From Sedimentisphaerales bacterium (lineage in GTDB: Bacteria; Planctomycetota; Phycisphaerae; Sedimentisphaerales; SM23-30), in NCBI GenBank assembly GCA_963663965.2, contig CAXXFK010000040.1, positions 32,001 to 96,000 on the forward strand: a DNA stretch of 64,000 bases, in the 5' to 3' direction. Shown here in pieces: positions 51,642 through 61,569 of the stretch (positions are counted from its first letter, which is position 1; every line of letters starts with the position of its first letter). Under the pieces are notes generated by a model that ran no database searches, had not been told where the DNA came from, and worked only from the letters and a program-made list of their open reading frames with translations. Position numbers and translations under genes: made by a program.

Positions 51642-52457
51642 ATGACAAACAAGCCTGAAAACCAACTCCGCCCCAAATTTCTACCCCCCAAATTCAAACC
51701 ATACTATCCCATTATCCAGTTAGCTTTAATCCTTGCCTGTGGTAGCATCGGTTGCCAGTCCTTCAACCACCAACCGGCCTCCTGCCCCACAGAACTCCTC
51801 AACCAGAACCCCATCAAAATCATCTGTTACGGCGATTCCATTACTGCCAGCGGCTGGCCGGCCATCCTGGGCCAGAAACTCAACCAGCCCACCCCCAATC
51901 GCTACCAGGTTATCAATCGCGGCCAGAGCGGCGACACCAGCGTGGGAGCGTACTATCGCATGCGCGACCAGATCCTGCCCGAACTGCCCGCCATCATGCT
52001 GATCGAGTTCGGTATCAACGACTCCAACTCACCCTTCTGGGGCAACATACTGCGGGTCAGCCCGGCCGAATACCGCCAGAAAATGACCGCCATCTGCCAG
52101 ACCATCCAGCAACGGGGCGGCTACCCCATTTTTATCATCAATCACCCCATCGTATTACCCGACCTGTCCAAAGTCGGCGGCGACGAACGTCGCCGGCAAA
52201 AAGTCCGGGCCTACTGGACCGAACCGGGCAACGGACAGAGCCCCATTATCAACCTTCAGAATTACAACAACATCGTCCGCGATATCGCCAAAAAATGCAA
52301 CGCGCCCACCATCGACCTCCCCGCCATTATGGCCCGCGACCAGATCGATCTTCCGGACTTACTCGCTGACGACGGCGTCCACCTGACCGATCAGGGCAAA
52401 GAGATCTACGCCTCCCTGGTTTACCGGCGATTAAACGCGATTTTATCTCAACAATAA
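51642..52457 (+). CDS. SGNH/GDSL hydrolase
   Basis: CYGDSIT, NRGQSG, EFGINDS, DGVH. Confidence 0.92.
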   Translation: MTNKPENQLRPKFLPPKFKPYYPIIQLALILACGSIGCQSFNHQPASCPTELLNQNPIKIICYGDSITASGWPAILGQKLNQPTPNRYQVINRGQSGDTSVGAYYRMRDQILPELPAIMLIEFGINDSNSPFWGNILRVSPAEYRQKMTAICQTIQQRGGYPIFIINHPIVLPDLSKVGGDERRRQKVRAYWTEPGNGQSPIINLQNYNNIVRDIAKKCNAPTIDLPAIMARDQIDLPDLLADDGVHLTDQGKEIYASLVYRRLNAILSQQ

Positions 52458-52488
52458 TGCAACCGGGACTTTAGAACTCCAAAACAAA

Positions 52489-53925
52489 ATGAAAGGGCTC
52501 CTCATGAAACCATACCGGCTTAACCTGATTTTAGCCATTCTGGCGTTCATACTGACAGCCGCCGGATCAACTCCGGCCGCCCCAAAACCCAACTTCATCT
52601 TCATTAATATCGACGATATGGGCTATGCCGATATCGGGCCGTTCGGCTCCCAGCTGAACCGCACACCCAACCTGGACCGCATGGCCGAAGAAGGCCGCCG
52701 GCTGACCAGTTTTTACGCCGCACCCGTCTGCTCACCATCCCGCGCGGCCCTGATGACCGGCTGCTATCCCAAACGGTCCCTCAGCATCCCGCATGTTCTG
52801 TTCCCCGGCAACAAAGAAGGTCTCTCTCCCAATGAAATCACCATCGCCGAACTGCTCAAACAGCAGGGCTATGCGACCGCCTGCATCGGCAAGTGGCATC
52901 TGGGCGACCAGCCCGAATTCCTCCCGCGCCGCTAGGGCTTCGATTATTACTTCGGCCTGCCCTACTCCAATGATATGGGCCCGGCCGAAGATGGCGTCAA
53001 AAGCAGCCTGGGTGCGCCGCTGCCCAAACCCAACGAGAACGCCAAAGGCCAGCCTCCCCTGCCCATGTTACGAAACGAAACCGTCTTACAGCGTGTCCTG
53101 GCCGACGACCAGACCACCCTGGTTGAGCGCTATACCAAAGAAGCGATCCAGTTCATCAAAGCCCATCCAGATGATCCGTTCTTCCTCTACCTGCCCCACT
53201 CGGCCGTGCATTTCCCCATTTATCCCGGCAAAGCGTTTCAAGGCAAATCAAAAAACGGCATTTACGGTGATTGGGTCGAAGAGGTTGACTGGAGCGTCGG
53301 CCAGATACTCGATACCGTCCGCCAGTCAGGATTGAGTGAAAACACCCTAATTATTTTCACCTCCGATAACGGCGGCACTAAACGGGCCGTTAACGCGCCG
53401 CTCCGTGGATTCAAAAACAGTACCTGGGAAGGCGGCATCCGCGTCCCCACTATCGCCTGGTGGCCCGGCAAAATCCCCGCCAAAACCGAAACCGATGCTA
53501 TTACCGGTATGATGGATATCCTGCCGACCCTGGTCAAACTGGCCGGCGGCGAACCACCCGCCGACCGCAAACTGGACGGCGTCGATATCTGGCCGGTCCT
53601 GTCCGGCCAACCCAACGCGAAATCACCCCACGATGTTTTTTACTACTTTCGCGGCCTGAACCTGGAGGCCGTCCGTAACGGACCCTGGAAACTGCATCTC
53701 GCCAAAGACGAACTCTACAATTTAAAGACCGATATCGGCGAAACCACCAACGTCGCCGCCGACCATGCCGACATCGTCAAACGCCTGCACCAACTGGCCG
53801 CACAAATGAAAGAGGATCTTGGCACCGAAGGCATCGGCCCCGGCTGCCGCCCACTGGGTATCGCCCAGAACCCCCAGCCGATCATCGACTACGACGGCGC
53901 CTTCCGCAAACTGGAAATCCCCTGA
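52489..53925 (+). pseudogene. Sulfatase with an in-frame TAG at 52933-52935
   Basis: [11 protein letters not shown]...GKWHLG...FLPRR*GFDYYFGLPYSNDM; the same frame continues to 53925. Confidence 0.88.
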
Positions 53926-53961
53926 TCGATACGACTAAAATGATCACCTGCTTTGTTAAAT

Positions 53962-53987
53962 GTAGAGACGCGATGCTTCGCGTCTCT
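53962..53987. repeat. GTAG-type REP-like palindrome, possible terminator
   Basis: GTAGAGACGCGATGCTTCGCGTCTCT followed by TTT. Confidence 0.6.
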
Positions 53988-54121
53988 TTTCATTCATGCT
54001 ATAAAGCAGGATACCTGTAATAGCCCTGCATATCAGCCGGATTCAATGAAGCAATGACAAAATCATCCTCTCAAATTCAGACATCTTGAACATCTTTCAG
54101 TTTGAGATCGGAAAACATCTT

Positions 54122-55621
54122 TCACAATTCCCACCCTTTCCGATAATCCCGATATAAATACTGATTCGCCCCGGAAGGATTGGTAATCATTATCGCGTTG
54201 CTGTCGAAAACCACCTTTTTACCCGCCCGCAACGCGACCGTCCCCAGGTTCACCGTATCGGTAATCGATTCGGCGTTCAGAAAATTACCCGGCGAAGGCG
54301 TCTTACCCTGACAACCCCTGATCCACAGATCCAGACCACTGCCCCGCTCCTGGGCGGACACCTCATTCAATGGCAGGGCTTCACTTTTCCCTCCCGCAAA
54401 CAACCTGGGATTACCTCCATGAAAATCCGCCAGGATCGAACCGCCATCGCCCACAAACAGGATCCCTTCCTGTCCCATCTCAATTTCATGGCGTTCAATC
54501 TCCTGAGGTAGCCGGGGCCTCATCCCGCCATCATACCAGAACAGATCCAGTTCATCCCGGTTTTCACCGGCGGCAAAATGGAATCGCAGGGTACAACCGG
54601 TTGGATAAGCAAAGTCATTATTGACCCGGCGACAGACCTGATGATCGGTATCGCAGGTATGCGTCGCCCAGGCCTCCGCGGTCCTCGCTACCGGCAGCCC
54701 CAATCCCGTAAATACCGGCCACAAACTATAGATCCCCATATCCGCCATGGACCCGCCTCCAAATTCATACCACCCGCGATAGACCGTATGGGTATAATGG
54801 GGATGATAAGGCCGGTACTGCGCCGGCCCCAGCCACAGATCCCAGTCAAAACCGTCCGGAACCGGCGGTTTCTCCGCTGAAATCTCAGTATACTGAGGCC
54901 AGACCGGCCGGTTCGTCCAGTTGTGAATTTCGCGCAGCTTCCCAATCGCCCCTTCCTTGATCCGTTCCACGATCCGCCCATTGTCATAACCGCTGCCATA
55001 CGCCAGTAAGTGGGTCGCCCGCTGACTGGCCCGCACCGTTTCCAGTACCTTTCTGCCCTCATACACCCGGTTGGCGATGGGCTTATGCATCAGCACATGC
55101 AGCCCCTTTTTCATCGCCGCAATCGACAGATGGGCGTGCAGATGATCCGGTGTCATGATCTTAACCGCATCCAGATCCTTTTCCCGCTCGAGCATCTCTC
55201 GAAAGTCCGCGTAAACCGCGCACCCTTTATAAGACTCCCGATCGGCTTGTCTGGCATACCAGCCCTCGATTATCTCCTTCCCAACCTCACGGCCGCCGGG
55301 ACAGCCCTCTTCACCACTGCCCCAATCCGGATTCTTCAGATATTCACGGATCTGGTTGCGAATGCCGTACCGGCCCCACTCGAGATAATCCCAACTCCTT
55401 CGGTTGGGATCGCAGACCGCAACGATCTGAATCCGGTTATCGTTCAGCAACCCACCCAACTCCCGAATACTCTGGCTACCCATCCCGATATGACCCAGCC
55501 GGATCCGCTCACTGGGCGCCACATACCCATCACCACCCAGCACCGAACGCGGCACAACCACATAAGCCCCCGTCGCCACTGCCGAACCCAGAAAACGCCG
55601 TCGATTTATTTCCGTCTGCAT
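54122..55621 (-). CDS. Tat-exported Gfo/Idh/MocA oxidoreductase
   Basis: INRRRFL, GHIGMG, MTPDHLHA, HKP, DWDLWLGPA, DMGIY. Confidence 0.92.
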   Translation of the reverse strand: MQTEINRRRFLGSAVATGAYVVVPRSVLGGDGYVAPSERIRLGHIGMGSQSIRELGGLLNDNRIQIVAVCDPNRRSWDYLEWGRYGIRNQIREYLKNPDWGSGEEGCPGGREVGKEIIEGWYARQADRESYKGCAVYADFREMLEREKDLDAVKIMTPDHLHAHLSIAAMKKGLHVLMHKPIANRVYEGRKVLETVRASQRATHLLAYGSGYDNGRIVERIKEGAIGKLREIHNWTNRPVWPQYTEISAEKPPVPDGFDWDLWLGPAQYRPYHPHYTHTVYRGWYEFGGGSMADMGIYSLWPVFTGLGLPVARTAEAWATHTCDTDHQVCRRVNNDFAYPTGCTLRFHFAAGENRDELDLFWYDGGMRPRLPQEIERHEIEMGQEGILFVGDGGSILADFHGGNPRLFAGGKSEALPLNEVSAQERGSGLDLWIRGCQGKTPSPGNFLNAESITDTVNLGTVALRAGKKVVFDSNAIMITNPSGANQYLYRDYRKGWEL

Positions 55622-55851
55622 GATAAACTCCCTTGTTATAATGGACCAGATTAACAGGACTCATCAGGTGCCGCCTTAAAACGCAACACATGGAAGATAG
55701 CGCTCAACACGTGATAAAACGCGCCCTCAAATATTATATGGCGACCAGGCAACCTCCACAAGCCCCCATAAAAAATTTCGGCGATAACCACCCATGAGAC
55801 AGTATGATTATCGCCGGAGATATCAATTCGAATCCAACGAAACAGGATTCA

Positions 55852-58800
55852 TTATTCAAATTCAAACTTCATGGTATGAATCGACCAGTGCCAGGTATCC
55901 TCAGATTCGGTTTCGATGATCTTAATATACTGCGCGCGGACCGGCTTGGGGAACACCAGTTCGGTGATCGGATTAGTACCCTTGCCAACCAGAACCGGCT
56001 CGCCCCAGTCGCCATCGCTGAACGAAGCGTAAACCTCGTAACCGCGCGGATAATCGTTGGCGCTGTCGCGCGTATCGAGCGTAATCTTCTTGATCACACA
56101 TTCAGCCCCGAAATTCAGCGTAAACCAGTCGCCCGGTTTCATGCCCCGTCCGGTGGTCCAGCGGGTTCCGGTATTGCCATCCAACGCGTTCCTGGTATTA
56201 TTGTTCTCGCGCGATGCGGTCGCGGTAATCTTCCGGTTGATCAGCGCCGCTTTGATCTTCTTCGCGGCGATATCGGCCTCCTGCCGCAGTTCGTTATCCG
56301 TCTGCATACCTTCAACCAGTTTCAACGACTCAGCACAGGGATAAACCGCCAGTGCGCCCAGAATCGCTTTCTTCTCATCCGCGCGTCGGGCCAGCGGCAA
56401 TCCTTTGGCCAGTAGCGCCGTCGATTCCGATGCCGCTCGGTTGGCCGGAAGCGTGCAGAGCTTGATATACCCGCGTAACGCGATCACATTCACATTCATA
56501 TCAGGATCCTGCGCCGCCTTGAGCAGATCATCGCTGGGCGTCGCGTCCGGCCAGTCGGCCAGGGCGCGAATCGCCGCTCTTTTCACCTCGCCATTGGTGC
56601 TGGCCACCTGCGCCCGCACCGCCGCCAGGGCCGCATCGCCGCCAAAGCGCGGCAGCACACCCAGCAATCTCGCGGTGACATTGGGGTTGGCGCCCTTCAA
56701 CGCGTTAATAACCACAACCGCGTCCGAACTCGCCAGCCGCCCGGCCATTGAGGTAATCGCCCGCTCGATGGCGCCCTGTTCCGAACCATTGGGGGTCACG
56801 GTCAGTTTTTTCACCATCACCGGCAATTCGCCCGCGCCGCCCAGACTGCCAATCGCCTTATAGGCCGCCTGGCGCACTTTCACATCGCTGTCATCGGTAA
56901 CCTTTACCAGCGCCCCCACGGCATCCGTAGCCTGCCGCGTAACCAGCGCATCCATGACATTGGATCGCGCCGCACTATTACCATTGGCCAGGGCAACCGC
57001 AACCAGGGTCATATTCACATCGTCACCATGCAGCCGTTCCAGACTGTCCGTCGCGGCCTTGCCCAGCGCGCCGCCCTTGGTACTGGCCTCCGCCAGCATC
57101 TTCACTTGCGAAGCGTCTCCCAGGGCCACCAATGCCTTGATGGCGGCAATCGCCACGGCTTCATCGCCGCTGTTCGCTGCCTGGGAGACCGCGCCGGCCG
57201 CCGCCTTATCGCCGCGATCTTCCAGCGCGCCAATCAATACTACCTGCATGGCTGGTGATAACGTGGCCAGCTTATCCGCGAACGCCTTCGTCACCGTGGT
57301 TCCTTCCATTTCCGAAATAAACTTGCCCGCCGCCTGCCGAAGCTGCTCGTTTTTATCCGTAAACAGAGCCAGTACGATTGGCACGGCCTGTTCCTTCTTG
57401 GCCCGCACCAACCCACGATAGGCCGCCAGCCGGATCATCACCGGATAGCTCTCCGCGGTCATTCGCTGATAGATACCCACCGCGAAATCTACCGCCCCTT
57501 TATTCAACATCGTATCGGTACAGGTCAGAATGGCATCGTTTCTCAACGCTTCCAACTCCACCGGTAGCGGGGTCTCAACCAATGCCAATCCAGTAACCTG
57601 ATTGGAAAAGTGGCTCAGCGCCGTAATCGCGGCACGCGCCAGTTCAATATTATCGCTCTTCATCAACGCCGCGATCTTCTCCGCAGCCGCCTCCTCACCG
57701 CGTTGGCCCAGCGAACCGACAATCCCAATCTTCAGATCGCCGTCAACGCGGTCCAGCGCGTCGATCAACGCCACGCCCGCCGACGGAGCCGGCATCTCTT
57801 GCAACGCGTACCGGGCCATATGCGACAGTTTCTCATCCGTCAGCAACGCCGCCAGCGCCGGAACGCTTCGTTCCGAACCCATCTGCCGCAATTGCCTGCA
57901 GACATACTGCTTGCCCGCGTAGGTGCAATTGGGATTGGTCAGCGCCCGGATCAGGGCCGCTTCAATCTCTCGCATCCGTGCCGGGCCGGCGTTACGGATA
58001 TCCTCTTCAATCGCGGCCAGCGCCTGGCGGTTCTTGTCGAAGTCCCAGGTCACAATCTCTTTGCCATAATCCCCCGATACTTTGGCATTATTGGTTGTCC
58101 GCAGACTCACCGCGTCAGCCGTCGGAAAATCGGCCGGTACATCGGTCTGCGTCACCATACCGGTGGCAGCCCATTCCGTGCCACGCAGGAAGGTAACGAT
58201 AAAGCCAACCGATTTCAACTGGTCAACATCATGGCCAATCGCGGTATGGAAAATACGGCCCTTATTACGATACACCGTAAACAGCATCGGCTCATGTTCA
58301 CCTGTGCCGCGTTGTTCCGGGGCCGCGTAAGCCGTCGCCAGCAGTGTCATGTTTTTCGCCGGCCCGCGCAGCTTGCTGTACAGTTCATCCTTGGCGTGCA
58401 TCCACTTCTCCGGCAAACCGCGCATGATCGGATGATCCGCCTCACGCGTAATCAGCTGAAACGCATGTTGCGGTCCATGGGTACCGCCCGCCCCGGGACT
58501 GTTGTCAAATACCATCTGACCATCCCGGAACCGCACCATCGGGCCCGACTTTTCATTCCGGCCGCCCCAACCGCCCAGCGCGATCATCTCGTTCCACGCC
58601 GGCCAGTTGGAAAACGCATTATCGGCGGCATGATAGATCACCAGACCACCGCCGTTGTCCATATACTTTTCAAACGCTGTCTTCGTCGCCGCCGGCCAAT
58701 CATCGCCGTTATAGTTGCTCACCACCACATCATACTTGGCAAAATCCGGCGAAAATCCATTCATCGGCTGCTTCGCCGGTGGCGTCGTCGCCACATCCAC

Positions 58801-59631
58801 CACAAACAATCCCGTTTCCTCCAGCAACTGCTTGAGTACCGGTGTCGTACCTGCCCAGTTGTGATTGTTCTGACCATCCACAATCAGCGCCTTTAACGGA
58901 TACTTCGGCGCAGGCTCCGCTCCCAGCGGTGTCATCGTAATATTCCGGTAAGCCACCGGACCATGATCCCCTTGCAGCATCAGCGGACCGGTCGCCTTCT
59001 CATCATTCTCCCACGTGGCCGCGCGTGTCGGCCCTGTCACTTCCACATTCTCATGCACCAGTATCCCGTTGTGCTTCACCTCTACAAAGCGCGCGTTGGC
59101 GATCTTATTGCCTTGGCGATCAAATTTCGGCGCGCGGAAAATCGCGTCAAAACTCTGCCACTGGCCCGGTTCCTTCGAGGCGTTCACCCGCGGCGCCCGC
59201 CCTTCATAACCCCGGTCATTGCGCCACCGCTGATAAATACCGCCGCAGTCACTGTGTTGCGGTTCGGCCACACCCCAGCTGTCAAACACCTGGATTTCAT
59301 AGCGGCCCATCAAATACACACCGCTGTTGGAGCCCTTGGGCACGACAAATTCAATATGCAGCGCCACATCACCCCATTCTTTCTTCGTTATGATATTACT
59401 GGTCCGGCCGGTGGCTCCGTTGATCATCACCCCCTTGCCCGCCTTCGCGGCCAGCAACGCCTCATTCTGCGGATTCTTCACCGCGTCCCCGGCAATCATC
59501 CAATCGCCCGTAGGTGCGCGCCACGCGCTCAGATCGTCCAGCCCAACCTTCTCGGCCGGGATTGACGACACCGCCATCAGCAATGCCGCAGCCAGTAATA
59601 TCGAAATAAGTTTCAAATTATTCATGTTCAA
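55852..59631 (-). CDS. Secreted fusion: DUF1080 + ThuA-like + HEAT repeats + discoidin (F5/8)
   Basis: SNSGVYLMGRYEIQVFDS...LQGDHGPVAYRNI; LIVDGQNNHNW...GRIFHTAIGH; alanine-rich HEAT region; NALDGNTGTRWTT. Confidence 0.88.
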   Translation of the reverse strand: MNMNNLKLISILLAAALLMAVSSIPAEKVGLDDLSAWRAPTGDWMIAGDAVKNPQNEALLAAKAGKGVMINGATGRTSNIITKKEWGDVALHIEFVVPKGSNSGVYLMGRYEIQVFDSWGVAEPQHSDCGGIYQRWRNDRGYEGRAPRVNASKEPGQWQSFDAIFRAPKFDRQGNKIANARFVEVKHNGILVHENVEVTGPTRAATWENDEKATGPLMLQGDHGPVAYRNITMTPLGAEPAPKYPLKALIVDGQNNHNWAGTTPVLKQLLEETGLFVVDVATTPPAKQPMNGFSPDFAKYDVVVSNYNGDDWPAATKTAFEKYMDNGGGLVIYHAADNAFSNWPAWNEMIALGGWGGRNEKSGPMVRFRDGQMVFDNSPGAGGTHGPQHAFQLITREADHPIMRGLPEKWMHAKDELYSKLRGPAKNMTLLATAYAAPEQRGTGEHEPMLFTVYRNKGRIFHTAIGHDVDQLKSVGFIVTFLRGTEWAATGMVTQTDVPADFPTADAVSLRTTNNAKVSGDYGKEIVTWDFDKNRQALAAIEEDIRNAGPARMREIEAALIRALTNPNCTYAGKQYVCRQLRQMGSERSVPALAALLTDEKLSHMARYALQEMPAPSAGVALIDALDRVDGDLKIGIVGSLGQRGEEAAAEKIAALMKSDNIELARAAITALSHFSNQVTGLALVETPLPVELEALRNDAILTCTDTMLNKGAVDFAVGIYQRMTAESYPVMIRLAAYRGLVRAKKEQAVPIVLALFTDKNEQLRQAAGKFISEMEGTTVTKAFADKLATLSPAMQVVLIGALEDRGDKAAAGAVSQAANSGDEAVAIAAIKALVALGDASQVKMLAEASTKGGALGKAATDSLERLHGDDVNMTLVAVALANGNSAARSNVMDALVTRQATDAVGALVKVTDDSDVKVRQAAYKAIGSLGGAGELPVMVKKLTVTPNGSEQGAIERAITSMAGRLASSDAVVVINALKGANPNVTARLLGVLPRFGGDAALAAVRAQVASTNGEVKRAAIRALADWPDATPSDDLLKAAQDPDMNVNVIALRGYIKLCTLPANRAASESTALLAKGLPLARRADEKKAILGALAVYPCAESLKLVEGMQTDNELRQEADIAAKKIKAALINRKITATASRENNNTRNALDGNTGTRWTTGRGMKPGDWFTLNFGAECVIKKITLDTRDSANDYPRGYEVYASFSDGDWGEPVLVGKGTNPITELVFPKPVRAQYIKIIETESEDTWHWSIHTMKFEFE

Positions 59632-59721
59632 ATCCTCAAATATAATCCATCGGATAGGTTAATTCGATTTAAAGACCAATCTTTTTGCCTTTTTGTCTTC
59701 TTGACTTTTCGACTTTTTTCT

Positions 59722-61014
59722 TCACAACGTCCACGGCTCGCGATAGGGCCGCATCAGCAGCGCGCTGGCCGCCGGATCACCGATAATCTCCTCGGTTTCC
59801 GGTTTCCACCGAATCTTACGCCCGGTCAGCATCGCGATCTCACCCAGTAACCCTACACTGATTGACCGCTGCGCCGTCTCCACCGGGGTAATGGTCAGCT
59901 TCCGGCTCTTCACGCACTCCAGGAAATTCCCCATATGGTCCCGGCTGTCGTACAACTGTACCTCATCCGGTCCTATGACTTCCTTAAGAATCTTCTCATC
60001 CGAGGCCGACAGTCCGCCACGGCTGACATGCACCCACCCCTTGTCACCATACCATCGAGTCCCCTGTGGCAACTGCTGATTATTGGCCACTACCATCTCT
60101 ATTCCATTGGCATACTTGCAACGGAATTTGTACGTCGGCGGCGTATCATAAAGCCCGTTATCCGGATAATCGCCTTTGCCCTCGATCTCCACCGGTCCGG
60201 TATGATCAAAATCCAGGCCCCAGTGGGCAATGTCAATATGATGACCAGCCCAGTCTGTCAGCTGACCGCCTGAGTAATCCATGATCCAGCGCCATTGATA
60301 GTGGCAATCGCCCTGGCCAAAATCACAGAACGGGCGCCATGGCGCCGGCCCCAGCCAGAATTCCCAATCCAGCGTATCCGGTACCGGTTTTGCCGGTTGC
60401 GGACCACGCGTTCCACCGGTCGGTAAACCCACCTCAACATGAGTGATTTTGCCTACCCGGCCGTTGCGCACCAGTTCGCATGCCCGCCGGAAGTTCCCCA
60501 CCGATCGCTGCCAGCTGCCCGTCTGCCACACCCGGCCATAACGATGCACCGCGTCGCAGATCGCCCGGCCTTCCCGAATCGAACGCGCCAGCGGTTTCTG
60601 CCCGTGTATATCCAGACCCGCCTTCGCCGCTGCCACCGACACCAGGGCATGCCAGTGGTCCGGCAAAGCCGTCATCACTGCGTCCAGATCGCCACGACCA
60701 ATCAACTCGCGATAATCCAGATACGCGGTACAGTTATTGTCGCCATATTTCTTGTTGGTTATATTTTTTGCGTTTTCACGATGATTGCGATCCACATCGC
60801 AAACCGCGACCATCCGGACCTCAGACTTGCCCAGAAATCCGTTCAGGTCACCCGTTCCCATCGATCCGGTGCCAATGGCGCCCATCACAATCTTGTTACT
60901 CGGTGCGTTCTGCCCAAAGACAGTCGAAGGCACCACTATTGGAAAAGCTGCGACGCCCCCTGCGACTGCCGCACGCTTCAAAAAACTGCGGCGGGTAAAT
61001 TGGTCTCTTGCCAT
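59722..61014 (-). CDS. Tat-exported Gfo/Idh/MocA oxidoreductase
   Basis: TRRSFLK, GAIGTGSMG, ALPDHWHA, QKP, DWAGHHID. Confidence 0.93.
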   Translation of the reverse strand: MARDQFTRRSFLKRAAVAGGVAAFPIVVPSTVFGQNAPSNKIVMGAIGTGSMGTGDLNGFLGKSEVRMVAVCDVDRNHRENAKNITNKKYGDNNCTAYLDYRELIGRGDLDAVMTALPDHWHALVSVAAAKAGLDIHGQKPLARSIREGRAICDAVHRYGRVWQTGSWQRSVGNFRRACELVRNGRVGKITHVEVGLPTGGTRGPQPAKPVPDTLDWEFWLGPAPWRPFCDFGQGDCHYQWRWIMDYSGGQLTDWAGHHIDIAHWGLDFDHTGPVEIEGKGDYPDNGLYDTPPTYKFRCKYANGIEMVVANNQQLPQGTRWYGDKGWVHVSRGGLSASDEKILKEVIGPDEVQLYDSRDHMGNFLECVKSRKLTITPVETAQRSISVGLLGEIAMLTGRKIRWKPETEEIIGDPAASALLMRPYREPWTL

Positions 61015-61390
61015 AATAGACTCCTGTTGATAAGGTTCTAAAGTTATTTATTTCCTGTTAAACGGTTATGATTGGCTTGTTATTTGTTCAATTTACGGTT
61101 TTCCCCAAAATTGAACACTAACCACGCCTTTCGCCTAATTAATTGATTGACAGACTGTTACAACAATTAACCCCCTGTGCGCATCTTTGTAAAAACATAA
61201 TCCAGGTCCTGATGTAAATCAACGCAAAGACTGCCCTCATACATAATCACGATTTTACTGATACAGAAATATGAAATCTTAATAGTCAAATTTGAATTTT
61301 AGTATAATAACTAACCTTAACTTTGGATAGAATGTAAAATGAAATATTTATTAAATCGCATCCGCCGCCAGGCGGTATCATTTAAGAAAT

Positions 61391-61462
61391 CCCGAAGGGA
61401 TGATAGTAAATAGCCGGGGGTAAGGCCGATCAGCCATCGGCTGATCGAACGCAACCCCCGGA
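61391..61462. repeat. Nested palindromic extragenic element
   Basis: CCCGAAGGG hairpin, then CCGGGGGT...CGATCAGCC/GGCTGATCG...ACCCCCGG. Confidence 0.45.
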
Positions 61463-61569
61463 AAATCAATGAATAAATCTATTCTACCTCCAGCATTTCG
61501 TGCGAAGCACGAAAGTTGAATAACCTTTCATATGATAAACCAAAGCCAACCTTGTATCCGGATTAAATA

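Noticed and set aside
52933..52935. Amber recoding or pyrrolysine
   Set aside because: TAG terminates other genes here (32711, 34154, the integrase fragments) and no pyl genes are visible.
57610..58896. 428-aa plus-strand ORF and similar ORFs in 49.9-63 kb
   Set aside because: Antisense shadows of GC-rich genes that carry clear domain motifs.
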